From Eledone cirrhosa (lineage: Eukaryota), in assembly GCA_964016885.1 (NCBI GenBank), contig OZ024741.1:259470001-259534000 (forward strand): a stretch of 64,000 nt of DNA. Reading direction: 5' to 3'. Both the position numbers and the translations under genes were made by a program. Positions 54,001 to 64,000 of the stretch are shown here, piece after piece. The notes under the pieces are model-generated. The model ran no database searches, had not been told where the DNA came from, and saw only the letters and a list, made by a program, of their open reading frames with translations. How positions within the stretch are numbered: the first letter of the stretch is position 1; each line of letters starts with the position of its first letter.

Positions 54001-57000
54001 CGAAACACTCGTAAGTCGAAACACCCATAAGCCGAAACACTCGTAAGCCAAAACATTCGTAAGTCGAAACACTCGTAAACCGAAACACTCGTAAGCCAAA
54101 ACATTCGTATGTCGAAACACTCGTAAGTCGAAACACCCATAGCCGAAACACTCGTAAGTCTGAACACACGTAAGTCAGAACAGCCGTAAGTCAGAACACT
54201 CGTAAGTCAGAACACTCGTAAGTCAGAACACTCGTAAGTCAGAGCACTCGTATCGAAACACTCGTATGTCAAAACACCCGTAAGTCAAAACACTCGTAAG
54301 TCGAAACACTCGTAAGTCGAAACACTCGTATGTCGAAACATCCGTAAATCAGAACACTCGTAAGTCGAAACACTCGTAAGTCGAAACACTCGTAAGCCGA
54401 AACACTCGTAAGTCGAAGCACTCGTATCGAAACACTCGTAAGTCGAAACACCCTTAAGTCAAAACACTCGTAAGCCAAAACACTCGTAAGTCGAAACACT
54501 CGTAAGTCGGAACACTCGTAAGTCAGAACACTCGTAAGTCAGAACACTCGTAAGTGGAAACACGCGTAAGTCGAAAGACCCGTAAGTCAAAAATCTCGTA
54601 AGTCAAAACACTCGTAAGCCGAAACACTCGTAAGTCGAAACACTCGTAAGTCGAAACACCCGTAAGTCGGAACACTCGTAAGTCAGAATACTCGTAAGTC
54701 AAAACACTCGTAAACCGGAACACCCGTAAGGCAAAACATTCGCATGTCAAAACACTCGTAAGTCGAAACACTCGTAAGCCGAAACACTCGTAAGTCGAAA
54801 CACTCGTAAGTCGAAACACTCGTAAGTCGAAACACTCGTAAGTCAGTGCACCCGTAAGTCAGAACACTCGTAGTCAGAATACTCGTAAGTCGAAACACTC
54901 GTATGTCGAAACACCCGTAAGTCGAAACATCCGTAAGTCAAAACACTCGTATGTCGAAACACTCGTAAGCCGAAACACTCATAAGTCGAAACACTCGTAA
55001 GCCGAAACACCCGTAAGTCAAAACATTCGTAAGTCAAAACACTCGTAAGTCGAAACACTCGTAAGTCGAAACACTCGTAAGCCGAAACAATCGTAAGTCA
55101 AAACACTCGTAAGTCGAAACACTCGTAAGCCGAAAATACTCGTAAGTCGGAACACCCGTAAGCCGAAACCCTCGTAGGTCGGAACACTCGTAAGTCGAAA
55201 CACTCGTAAGTCGAAACACCCGTAAGTCGAAACACTCGTAAGTCGAAACACCCGTAAGTCGAAACATCCGTAAGTCAAAACACTCGTATGTCGAAACACT
55301 CGTAAGCCGAAACACTCGTAAGTCGGAACACTCGCAAGTCAGAACACTCGTAAGTCAGAACACTCGTAAGTCAGAACACTCGTAAGTCGAAACATTCGTA
55401 AGTCGAAACACCCGTAAGTCGAAACGCCCGTAAGTCAAAACACTCGTATGTCAAAACACTCGCAAGCCGAAAAACCGTAAGTCAAAACACTCGTAAGTCG
55501 AAACACTCGTAAATCGAAACACTCGTAAGCCGAAACACTCGTAAGCGAAAAAATTCGTTAGTCGAAACACTCGTAACCCGAAACACTCGTAAGTCGAAAC
55601 ACTCGAAAGCCGAAACACTCGTAAGTCGAAACACTCATAAGCCGAAACACTCGTAAGTCGGAACACTCGTAAGTCAGAACACCCGTAAATCAGAACACTC
55701 GTAGTCAGAACACTCGTAAGTCGAAACACTCGTAAGCCGAAACACTCGCAAGTCGAAGCACTCGTAATCCGAAACACTCTTAAGTCGAAACACTCGTAAG
55801 TCGGAACACTCGTAAGTCAGAACACTCGTAAGTCAGAACACTCGTAAGTCGAAACACTCGTAAGCCGAAACATCCGTAAGTCAAAACATCCGTAAGTCAA
55901 AACATTCGTAAGTCGAAACACCCGTAGTCGAAACACTCGCAAGTCGAAACACTCGTAAGTCGAAACACGCGTAAGTCGAAACACATGTAAGTCAAAACAC
56001 TCGTAAGTCAAAACACTCGTAAGCCGAAACACTCGTAAGTCGAAACACTCGTAAGTCGAAACACTCGTAAAGCGAAACGTATAAATAAATATTAATGTAA
56101 TGAATTTGAAAAGCATAGAGATTTGAAACCGCGTCTATTTGTTATTTTCGTAAGTCGAAACACTCGTAAGCCGAAACACTCGTGAGCCGAAACACTCGTA
56201 AGTCGGAACACTCGTAAGTCAGAACACTCGTAAGTCAGAACACTCGTAAGTTAGAACACTCGTAAGTCAGAACACTCGTAAGTCAGAACACTCGTAAGTC
56301 GAAACACTCGTATCGAAACACTCGTATGTCAAAACACCCGTAAGTCAAAACACTCGTAAGTCGAAACACTCGTAAGTCGAAACACTCGTAAGCCGAAACA
56401 CTCGTAAGCCGAAACACTCGTAAGTCGGAACACTCGTAAGTCAGAACACTCATAAGTCAGAACACTCGTAAGTCAGAACACTCGTAAGTCGAAACACTCG
56501 TAAGCCGAAACACCGTAAGTCGAAACACCCGTATGTCGAAACACTCGTAAGCCGAAACACTCTTAAGTCGAAACACTCATAAGCCGAAACACTCGTAAGT
56601 CGGAACACTCGTAAATCAGAACACCCGCAAGTCAGAACACTCGTAAATCAGAACACTCTTAAGTCGAAACTTACGTACGCCGAAACAATCGTAAGTCGAA
56701 ACACTCGTAAGTCGAAACATCCTTAAGTCGAAACACTCGTACACCGAAACACTCGTAAGTATAAACATTAGTAAGTCGAAACACTCGTATGTCGAAACAC
56801 TCGTAAACCGAAACACTCGTAAGTCGGAACACTCGTAAGTCAGAACACTCGTAAGTCAGAACACTCGTAAGTCGAAACACTCATAAGTCGAAACACCCGT
56901 AAGTCGAAACACTCGTATGTCGAATAACTCGTAAGCCGAAACACCGTAAGTCAAAACACTCGTAAGTAGAAACACTCGTAAGTCGAAACACCCATAAGCC

Positions 57001-58955
57001 GAAACACTCGTAAGCCAAAACATTCGTAAGTCGAAACACTCGTAAACCGAAACACTCGTAAGCCAAAACATTCGTATGTCGAAACACTCGTAAGTCGAAA
57101 CACCCATAGCCGAAACACTTGTAAGTCTGAACACACGTAAGTCAGAACACCCGTAAGTCAGAACACTCGTAAGTCAGAACACTCGTAAGTCAGAGCACTC
57201 GTATCGAAACACTCGTATGTCAAAACACCCGTAAGTCAAAACACTCGTAAGTCGAAACACTCGTAAGCCGAAACACCGTAAGCCAAAACACTCGTAAGTC
57301 GAAACACCCCTAAGTCGGAACACTCGTAAGTCGAAACACTCGTAAGTCGAAACACTCGTAAGCCGAAACACTCGTAAGCCGAAACACTCGTAAGTCGGAA
57401 CACTCGTAAGTCGGAACACTCGTAAGTCAGAACACTCGTAAGTCAGAACACTCGTAAGTCAGAACACTCGTAAGTCAGAACACTCGTAAGTCGAAACACT
57501 CGTATCGAAACACTCGTATGTCAAAACACCCGTAAGTCAAAACACTCGTAAGTCGAAACACTCGTAAGTCGAAACATTCGTAAGTCGAAACATCCGTAAA
57601 TCAGAACACTCTTAAGTCGAAACACTCGTAAGTCGAAACACTCGTAAGCCGAAACACTCGTAAGTCGAAGCACTCGTATCGAAACACTCGTAAGTCGAAA
57701 CACCCTTAAGTCAAAACACTCGTAAGCCAAAACACTCGTAAGTCGAAACACTCGTAAGTCGGAACACTCGTAAGTCAGAACACTCGTAAGTCAGAACACT
57801 CGTAAGTGGAAACACGCGTAAGTCGAAACACTCATAAGTCGAAACACTCGTATGTCGAATAACTCGTAAGCCGAAACACCGTAAGTCAAAACACTCGTAA
57901 GTCGAAACACTCGTAAGTCGAAACACCCATAAGCCGAAACACTCGTAAGCCAAAACATTCGTAAGTCGAAACACTCGTAAACCGAAACACTCGTAAGCCA
58001 AAACATTCGTATGTCGAAACACTCGTAAGTCGAAACACCCATAGCCGAAACACTCGTAAGTCTGAACACACGTAAGTCAGAACAGCCGTAAGTCAGAACA
58101 CTCGTAAGTCAGAACACTCGTAAGTCAGAACACTCGTAAGTCAGAGCACTCGTATCGAAACACTCGTATGTCAAAACACCCGTAAGTCAAAACACTCGTA
58201 AGTCGAAACACTCGTAAGTCGAAACACTCGTATGTCGAAACATCCGTAAATCAGAACACTCGTAAGTCGAAACACTCGTAAGTCGAAACACTCGTAAGCC
58301 GAAACACTCGTAAGTCGAAGCACTCGTATCGAAACACTCGTAAGTCGAAACACCCTTAAGTCAAAACACTCGTAAGCCAAAACACTCGTAAGTCGAAACA
58401 CTCGTAAGTCGGAACACTCGTAAGTCAGAACACTCGTAAGTCAGAACACTCGTAAGTGGAAACACGCGTAAGTCGAAAGACCCGTAAGTCAAAAATCTCG
58501 TAAGTCAAAACACTCGTAAGCCGAAACACTCGTAAGTCGAAACACTCGTAAGTCGAAACACCCGTAAGTCGGAACACTCGTAAGTCAGAATACTCGTAAG
58601 TCAAAACACTCGTAAACCGGAACACCCGTAAGGCAAAACATTCGCATGTCAAAACACTCGTAAGTCGAAACACTCGTAAGCCGAAACACTCGTAAGTCGA
58701 AACACTCGTAAGTCGAAACACTCGTAAGTCGAAACACTCGTAAGTCAGTGCACCCGTAAGTCAGAACACTCGTAGTCAGAATACTCGTAAGTCGAAACAC
58801 TCGTATGTCGAAACACCCGTAAGTCGAAACATCCGTAAGTCAAAACACTCGTATGTCGAAACACTCGTAAGCCGAAACACTCATAAGTCGAAACACTCGT
58901 AAGCCGAAACACCCGTAAGTCAAAACATTCGTAAGTCAAAACACTCGTAAGTCGA
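51060..58955 (+). repeat. Second 3934-bp tandem pair (units U3, U4; U4 lacks two monomers near 57170)
   Basis: ORF twins 51084/55018, 51883/55817 and 52682/56616 are offset by 3934, then 53272/57174 and 54523/58425 by 3902. Cassettes lie at 52145 and 56079. Confidence 0.93.
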
Positions 58956-61900
58956 AACACCCGTAAGTCAAAACACTCGTATGTCGAAACACTCGTAAGC
59001 CGAAACAACGTAAGTAAAAACACTCGTAAGTCGAAACACCCATAAGTCGAAACACTCGTAAGCCGAAACACTCGTAAGTCGAAACACTCATAAGCCGAAA
59101 CACTCGTAAGTCGGAACACTCGTAAATCAGAACACCCGCAAGTCAGAACACTCGTAAATCAGAACACTCTTAAGTCGAAACTCACGTACGCTGAAACACT
59201 CGTAAGTCGAAACACTCGTAAGTCGAAACATCCTTAAGTCGAAACACTCGTACACCGAAACACTCGTAAGTATAAACATTAGTAAGTCGAAACACTCGAA
59301 AGCCGAAACACTCGTAAGTCGAAACACCCGTAAATCGAAACACCCGTAAGTCAAAACACTCGTATGTCGAAACACTCGTAAACCGAAACACTCGTAAGTC
59401 GGAACACTCGTAAGTCAGAACACTCGTAAGTCAGAACACTCGTAAGTCGAAACACTCATAAGTCGAAACACTCGTAAGTCGAAACACCCGTAAGTCGAAA
59501 CCCCCGTAAGTCGAAACACTCGTATGTCGAATAACTCGTAAGCTGAAACACCGTAACTCAAAACACTCGTAAGTCAAAACACTCGTAAGTCGAAACACCC
59601 ATAAGCCGAAACACTCGTAAGCCAAAACATTCGTAAGTCGAAACACCCGTAAGTCGGAACACTCGTAAGTCGAAACACTCGTAAGTCGAAACACTCGTAA
59701 GCCCAAACACTCGTAAGCCGAAACACTCGTAAGTCGGAACACTCGTAAGTCGGAACACTCGTAAGTCAGAACACTCGTAAGTCAGAACACTCGTAAGTCA
59801 GAACACTCGTAAGTCAGAATACTCGTAAGTCGAAACACCCGTAAGTCGAAACACCCGTAAGTCGAAACACTCGTATGTCGAATAACTCGTAAGCCGAAAC
59901 ACCGTAAGTCAAAACACTCGTAAGTCGAAACACTCGTAAGTCGAAACACCCATAAGCCGAAACACTCGTAAGCCAAAACATTCGTAAGTCGAAACACTCG
60001 TAAACCGAAACACTCGTAAGCCAAAACATTCGTAAGTCGAAACACTCGTAAGTCGAAACACCCATAGCCGAAATACTTGTAAGTCTGAACACACGTAAGT
60101 CAGAACACCCGTAAGTCAGAACACTCGTAAGTCAGAACACTCGTAAGTCAGAACACTCGTAAGTCAGAGCACTCGTATCGAAACACTCGTATGTCAAAAC
60201 ACCCGTAAGTCAAAACACTCGTAAGTCGAAACACTCGTAAGCCGAAACACCGTAAGCCAAAACACTCGTAAGTCGAAACACCCGTAAGTCGGAACACTCG
60301 TAAGTCGAAACACTCGTAAGTCGAAACACTCGTAAGCCGAAACACTCGTAAGCCGAAACACTCGTAAGTCGGAACACTCGTAAGTCGGAACACTCGTAAG
60401 TCAGAACACTCGTAAGTCAGAACACTCGTAAGTCAGAACACTCGTAAGTCAGAACACTCGTAAGTCGAAACACTCGTATCGAAACACTCGTATGTCAAAA
60501 CACCAGTAAGTCGAAACACTCGTATCGAAACACTCGTATGTCAAAACACCAGTAAGTCAAAACACTCGTAAGTCGAAACACTCGTAAGCCGAAACACCGT
60601 AAGTCGAAACACCCGTATGTCGAAACACTCGTAAGCCGAAACACTCGTAAGTCGAAACACTCGTAGTCGAAACACTCGTAAGTCGAAACACCCGTAAGTC
60701 GAAACACTCGTAAGTCGAAACACTCGTAAGCCGAAACACTCGTAAGTCGAAACACTCATAAGCCGAAACACTCGTAAGTCGAAACACTCGTAAGTCAGAA
60801 CACTCGTAGTCAGAACACTCGTAAGTCAAACCACTCGTAAGCCGAAACACTCGTAAGTCGAAACACTCGTAAGTGGAAACACTCGTAAGTCGAAAAACTC
60901 GTAAGCCGGAACACTCGTAAGTCAGAACACTCGTAAGTCAGAACACTCGTAAGTCGAAACACTCGTAAGCCGAAACACCCGTAAGTCGAAACATTCGTAA
61001 GTCGAAACACCCGTAAGTCGAAACACTCGTAAGTCGAAACACTCGTAAGTCGAAACACCGTAAGTCAAAACACTCGTATGTCGAAACATCCGTAAATCAG
61101 AACACTCCTAAGTCAAAACACTCGTAAGTCGAAACACTCGTAAGTCAAAAATACTCGTAAGTCGAAACACCCTTAAGTAAAAACACTCGTAAGTCGAAAC
61201 ACTCGTAAGCCGAAACACCCGTCAGTTAAAACACCCGTAAGTCGAAACACTCGTAAGTCAAAACTCTCGTACGCCGAAACACTCGTAAGTAAAAACATTA
61301 GTAAGTCGAAACACTCGTAAGCCGAAACACTCATAAGTCGAAACACTCGTAAGCCGAAACACCCGTAAGTCAAAACATTCGTAAGTCAAAACACTCGTAA
61401 GTCGAAACACCCGTAAGTCGAAACACTCGTATGTCGAAACACTCGTAAGCCGAAACACCGTAAGTAAAAACACTCGTAAGTCGAAACACCCACAAGTCGA
61501 AACACTCGTAAGCCGAAACACTCGTAAGTCGAAACACTCATAAGCCGAAACACTCGTAAGTCGGAACACTCGTAAATCAGAACACCCGCAAGTCAGAACA
61601 CTCGTATCGAAACACTCGTATGTCAAAACACCCGTAAGTCAAAACACTCGTAAGTCGAAACACTCGTAAGCCGAAACACCGTAAGTAAAAAAACTCGTAA
61701 GTCGAAATACTCGTAAGTCGAAACACTCGTAAGCCGAAACAATCGTAATTCAAAACACTCGTAAGTCGAAACACTCGTAAGCCGAAACAATCGTAAGTCG
61801 AAACACTCGTAAGCCGAAAATACTCGTAAGTCGGAACACCCGTAAGCCGAAACACTCGTATGTCGAAACACTCGTAAGCCGAAACAACATAAGTAAAAAC

Positions 61901-64000
61901 ACTCGTAAGTCGAAACACCCATAAGTCGAAACACTCGTAAGCCGAAACACTCGTAAGTCGAAACACTCATAAGCCGAAACACTCGTAAGTCGGAACACTC
62001 GTAAATCAGAACACCCGCAAGTCAGAACACTCGTAAATCAGAACACTCTTAAGTCGAAACTCACGTACGCCGAAACACTCGTAAGTCGAAACACTCGTAA
62101 GTCGAAACATCCTTAAGTCGAAACACTCGTACACCGAAACACTCGTAAGTATAAACATTAGTAAGTCGAAACACTCGTATGTCGAAACACTCGTAAACCG
62201 AAACACTCGTAAGTCGGAACACTCGTAAGTCAGAACACTCGTAAGTCAGAACACTCGTAATTCGAAACACTCATAAGTCGAAACACTCGTAAGTCGAAAC
62301 ACTCGTAAGTCGGAACACTCGTAAGTCGGAACACTCGTAAGTCAGAACACTCGTAAGTCAGAACACTCGTAAGTCAGAACACTCGTAAGTCAGAACACTC
62401 GTAAGTCGAAACACTCGTATCGAAACACTCGTATGTCAAAACACCCGTAAGTCAAAACACTCGTAAGTCGAAACACTCGTAAGTCGAAACATTCGTATGT
62501 CGAAACATCCGTAAATCAGAACACTCGTAAGTCGAAACACTCGTAAGTCGAAACACTCGTAAGCCGAAACACTCGTAAGTCGAAGCACTCGTATCGAAAC
62601 ACTCGTAAGTCGAAACACCCTTAAGTCAAAACACTCGTAAGCCAAAACACTCGTAAGTCGAAACACTCGTAAGTCGGAACACTCGTAAGTCAGAACACTC
62701 GTAAGTCAGAACACTCGTAAGTGGAAACACGCGTAAGTCGAAACACTCATAAGTCGAAACACTCGTAAGTCGAAACACCCGTAAGTCGAAACACCCGTAA
62801 GTCGAAACACTCGTATGTCGAATAACTCGTAAGCCGAAACACCGTAAGTCAAAACACTCGTAAGTCGAAACACTCGTAAGTCGAAACACCCATAAGCCGA
62901 AACACTCGTAAGCCAAAACATTCGTAAGTCGAAACACTCGTAAACCGAAACACTCGTAAGCCAAAACATTCGTAAGTCGAAACACTCGTAAGTCGAAACA
63001 CCCATAGCCGAAACACTCGTAAGTCTGAACACACGTAAGTCAGAACAGCCGTAAGTCAGAACACTCGTAAGTCAGAACACTCGTAAGTCAGAACACTCGT
63101 AAGTCAGAGCACTCGTATCGAAACACTCGTATGTCAAAACACCCGTAAGTCAAAACACTCGTAAGTCGAAACACTCGTAAGTCGAAACACTCGTATGTCG
63201 AAACATCCGTAAATCAGAACACTCGTAAGTCGAAACACTCGTAAGTCGAAACACTCGTAAGCCGAAACACCCGTAAGTCGAAGCACTCGTATCGAAACAC
63301 TCGTAAGTCGAAACACCCTTAAGTCAAAACACTCGTAAGCCAAAACACTCGTAAGTCGAAACACTCGTAAGTCGGAACACTCGTAAGTCAGAACACTCGT
63401 AAGTCAGAACACTCGTAAGTGGAAACAGGCGTAAGTCGAAAGACCCGTAAGTCAAAAATCTCGTAAGTCAAAACACTCGTAAGCCGAAACACTCGTAAGT
63501 CGAAACACTCGTAAGTCGAAACACCCGTAAGTAGGAACACTCGTAAGTCAGAATACTCGTAAGTCAAAACACTCGTAAACCGGAACACCCGTAAGGCAAA
63601 ACATTCGCATGTCGAAACACTCGTAAGTCGAAACACTCGTAAGCCGAAACACTCGTAAGTCGAAACACACGTAAGTCGAAACACTCGTAAGTCGAAACAC
63701 TCGTAAGTCAGTGCACCCGTAAGTCAGAACACTCGTAGTCAGAATACTCGTAAGTCGAAACACTCGTATGTCGAAACACCCGTAAGTCGAAACATCCGTA
63801 AGTCAAAACACTCGTATGTCGAAACACTCGTAAGCCGAAACACTCATAAGTCGAAACACTCGTAAGCCGAAACACCCGTAAGTCAAAACATTCGTAAGTC
63901 AAAACACTCGTAAGTCGAAACACCCGTAAGTCAAAACACTCGTATGTCGAAACACTCGTAAGCCGAAACAACGTAAGTAAAAACACTCGTAAGTCGAAAC

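Larger units (their letters stand above)
78..56148 (+). repeat. Family of 32 interspersed 70-bp AT-rich cassettes (GTATAAATAAAGATTAATGTAATGAATTTGAAAAGCATAGAGATTTGAAACCGCGTCTATTTGTTATTTT)
   Basis: Start positions, each 70 bp long: 78, 669, 942, 3318, 4467, 7047, 7893, 13875, 14626, 15503, 16617, 19495, 20644, 21521, 22605, 23482, 24663, 25556, 27147, 28344, 29221, 30594, 31487, 33078, 34275, 35152, 35983, 36860, 38073, 42007, 52145, 56079. Each is preceded by the truncated monomer GTAAAGCGAAAC and followed by CGTAA. 25 copies are also marked by the MLFKFITL-type ORF starts. Confidence 0.96.
1..64000 (+). repeat. 16-bp tandem satellite array, consensus GTAAGTCGAAACACTC, single orientation, running off both window edges
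   Basis: The monomer is directly readable throughout. Common variants are GTAAGCCGAAAC-, GTAAGTCAAAAC-, GTAAGTCAGAAC-, GTAAGTCGGAAC-, -CACCC, -CATTC, -CATCC and GTATGTC-. Length variants include 14-bp GTATCGAAACACTC and 15-bp GTAGTC.../...CACC. No inverted block was seen. Confidence 0.99.
37020..64000 (+). repeat. ~14.07-kb higher-order tandem duplication (U-U-V twice; second copy truncated by the window end)
   Basis: Offsets are 14072 (37012/51084, 42879/56951), 14040 (43134/57174, 45391/59431), 14056 (45726/59782, 49078/63134) and 14088 (49620/63708). Confidence 0.93.

Noticed and set aside
78-56148. CRISPR-like layout (constant 70-mer separated by variable tracts, or the 16-mer as a direct repeat)
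   Set aside because: There are no unique spacers, the lengths are wrong, intervening DNA is itself tandem repeat, and there are no cas genes or leader.
266-63986. Hundreds of minus-strand ORFs of 60-177 aa
   Set aside because: They are translations of the 16-bp repeat that overlap in all three frames with the same peptide. Most start at GTG/TTG, the period is not a multiple of 3, and frame-shifting 14/15-bp monomers are common.
1-64000. Telomerase-type telomeric repeat (some yeasts have 16-26 bp units)
   Set aside because: There is no G-rich strand or G-runs, and the heterogeneous monomers and kb-scale HORs indicate recombinational amplification rather than templated synthesis.
1-64000. Pure sequencing or assembly artefact (low-complexity concatemer)
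   Set aside because: Variants are heritable across duplicated blocks in a hierarchical pattern, which random error would not produce. Copy numbers of the youngest duplications still need read support.

Overview
The whole 64 kb window is one uninterrupted head-to-tail satellite array on a single orientation, with no genuine genes. The monomer is 16 bp, consensus GTAAGTCGAAACACTC (about 3,850 copies estimated from length, 44% GC, two CpG per unit), with a small set of recurrent variants. The only non-monomer sequence is a 70-bp AT-rich cassette that I counted 32 times in two allelic types (A and B). Rare variants reveal nested higher-order duplications of 273, ~1149, 1494, ~2000 (A/B dimer), 3934, 5931, ~6700 and ~14070 bp. 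All listed ORFs are artefacts: the minus strand of the consensus is stop-free and gives a 16-aa cycle (ECFDLRVFRLTSVSTY). The architecture is typical of eukaryotic heterochromatic or centromeric satellite, but the sequence alone does not identify the organism or the function. The most intriguing speculative signal is that the consensus monomer carries a perfect 5' splice-site/U1 hexamer (GTAAGT) and the cassette carries an invariant AATAAA with poly(A)-site-like architecture on the same strand. All counts and coordinates were read by eye or derived from the ORF track offsets.
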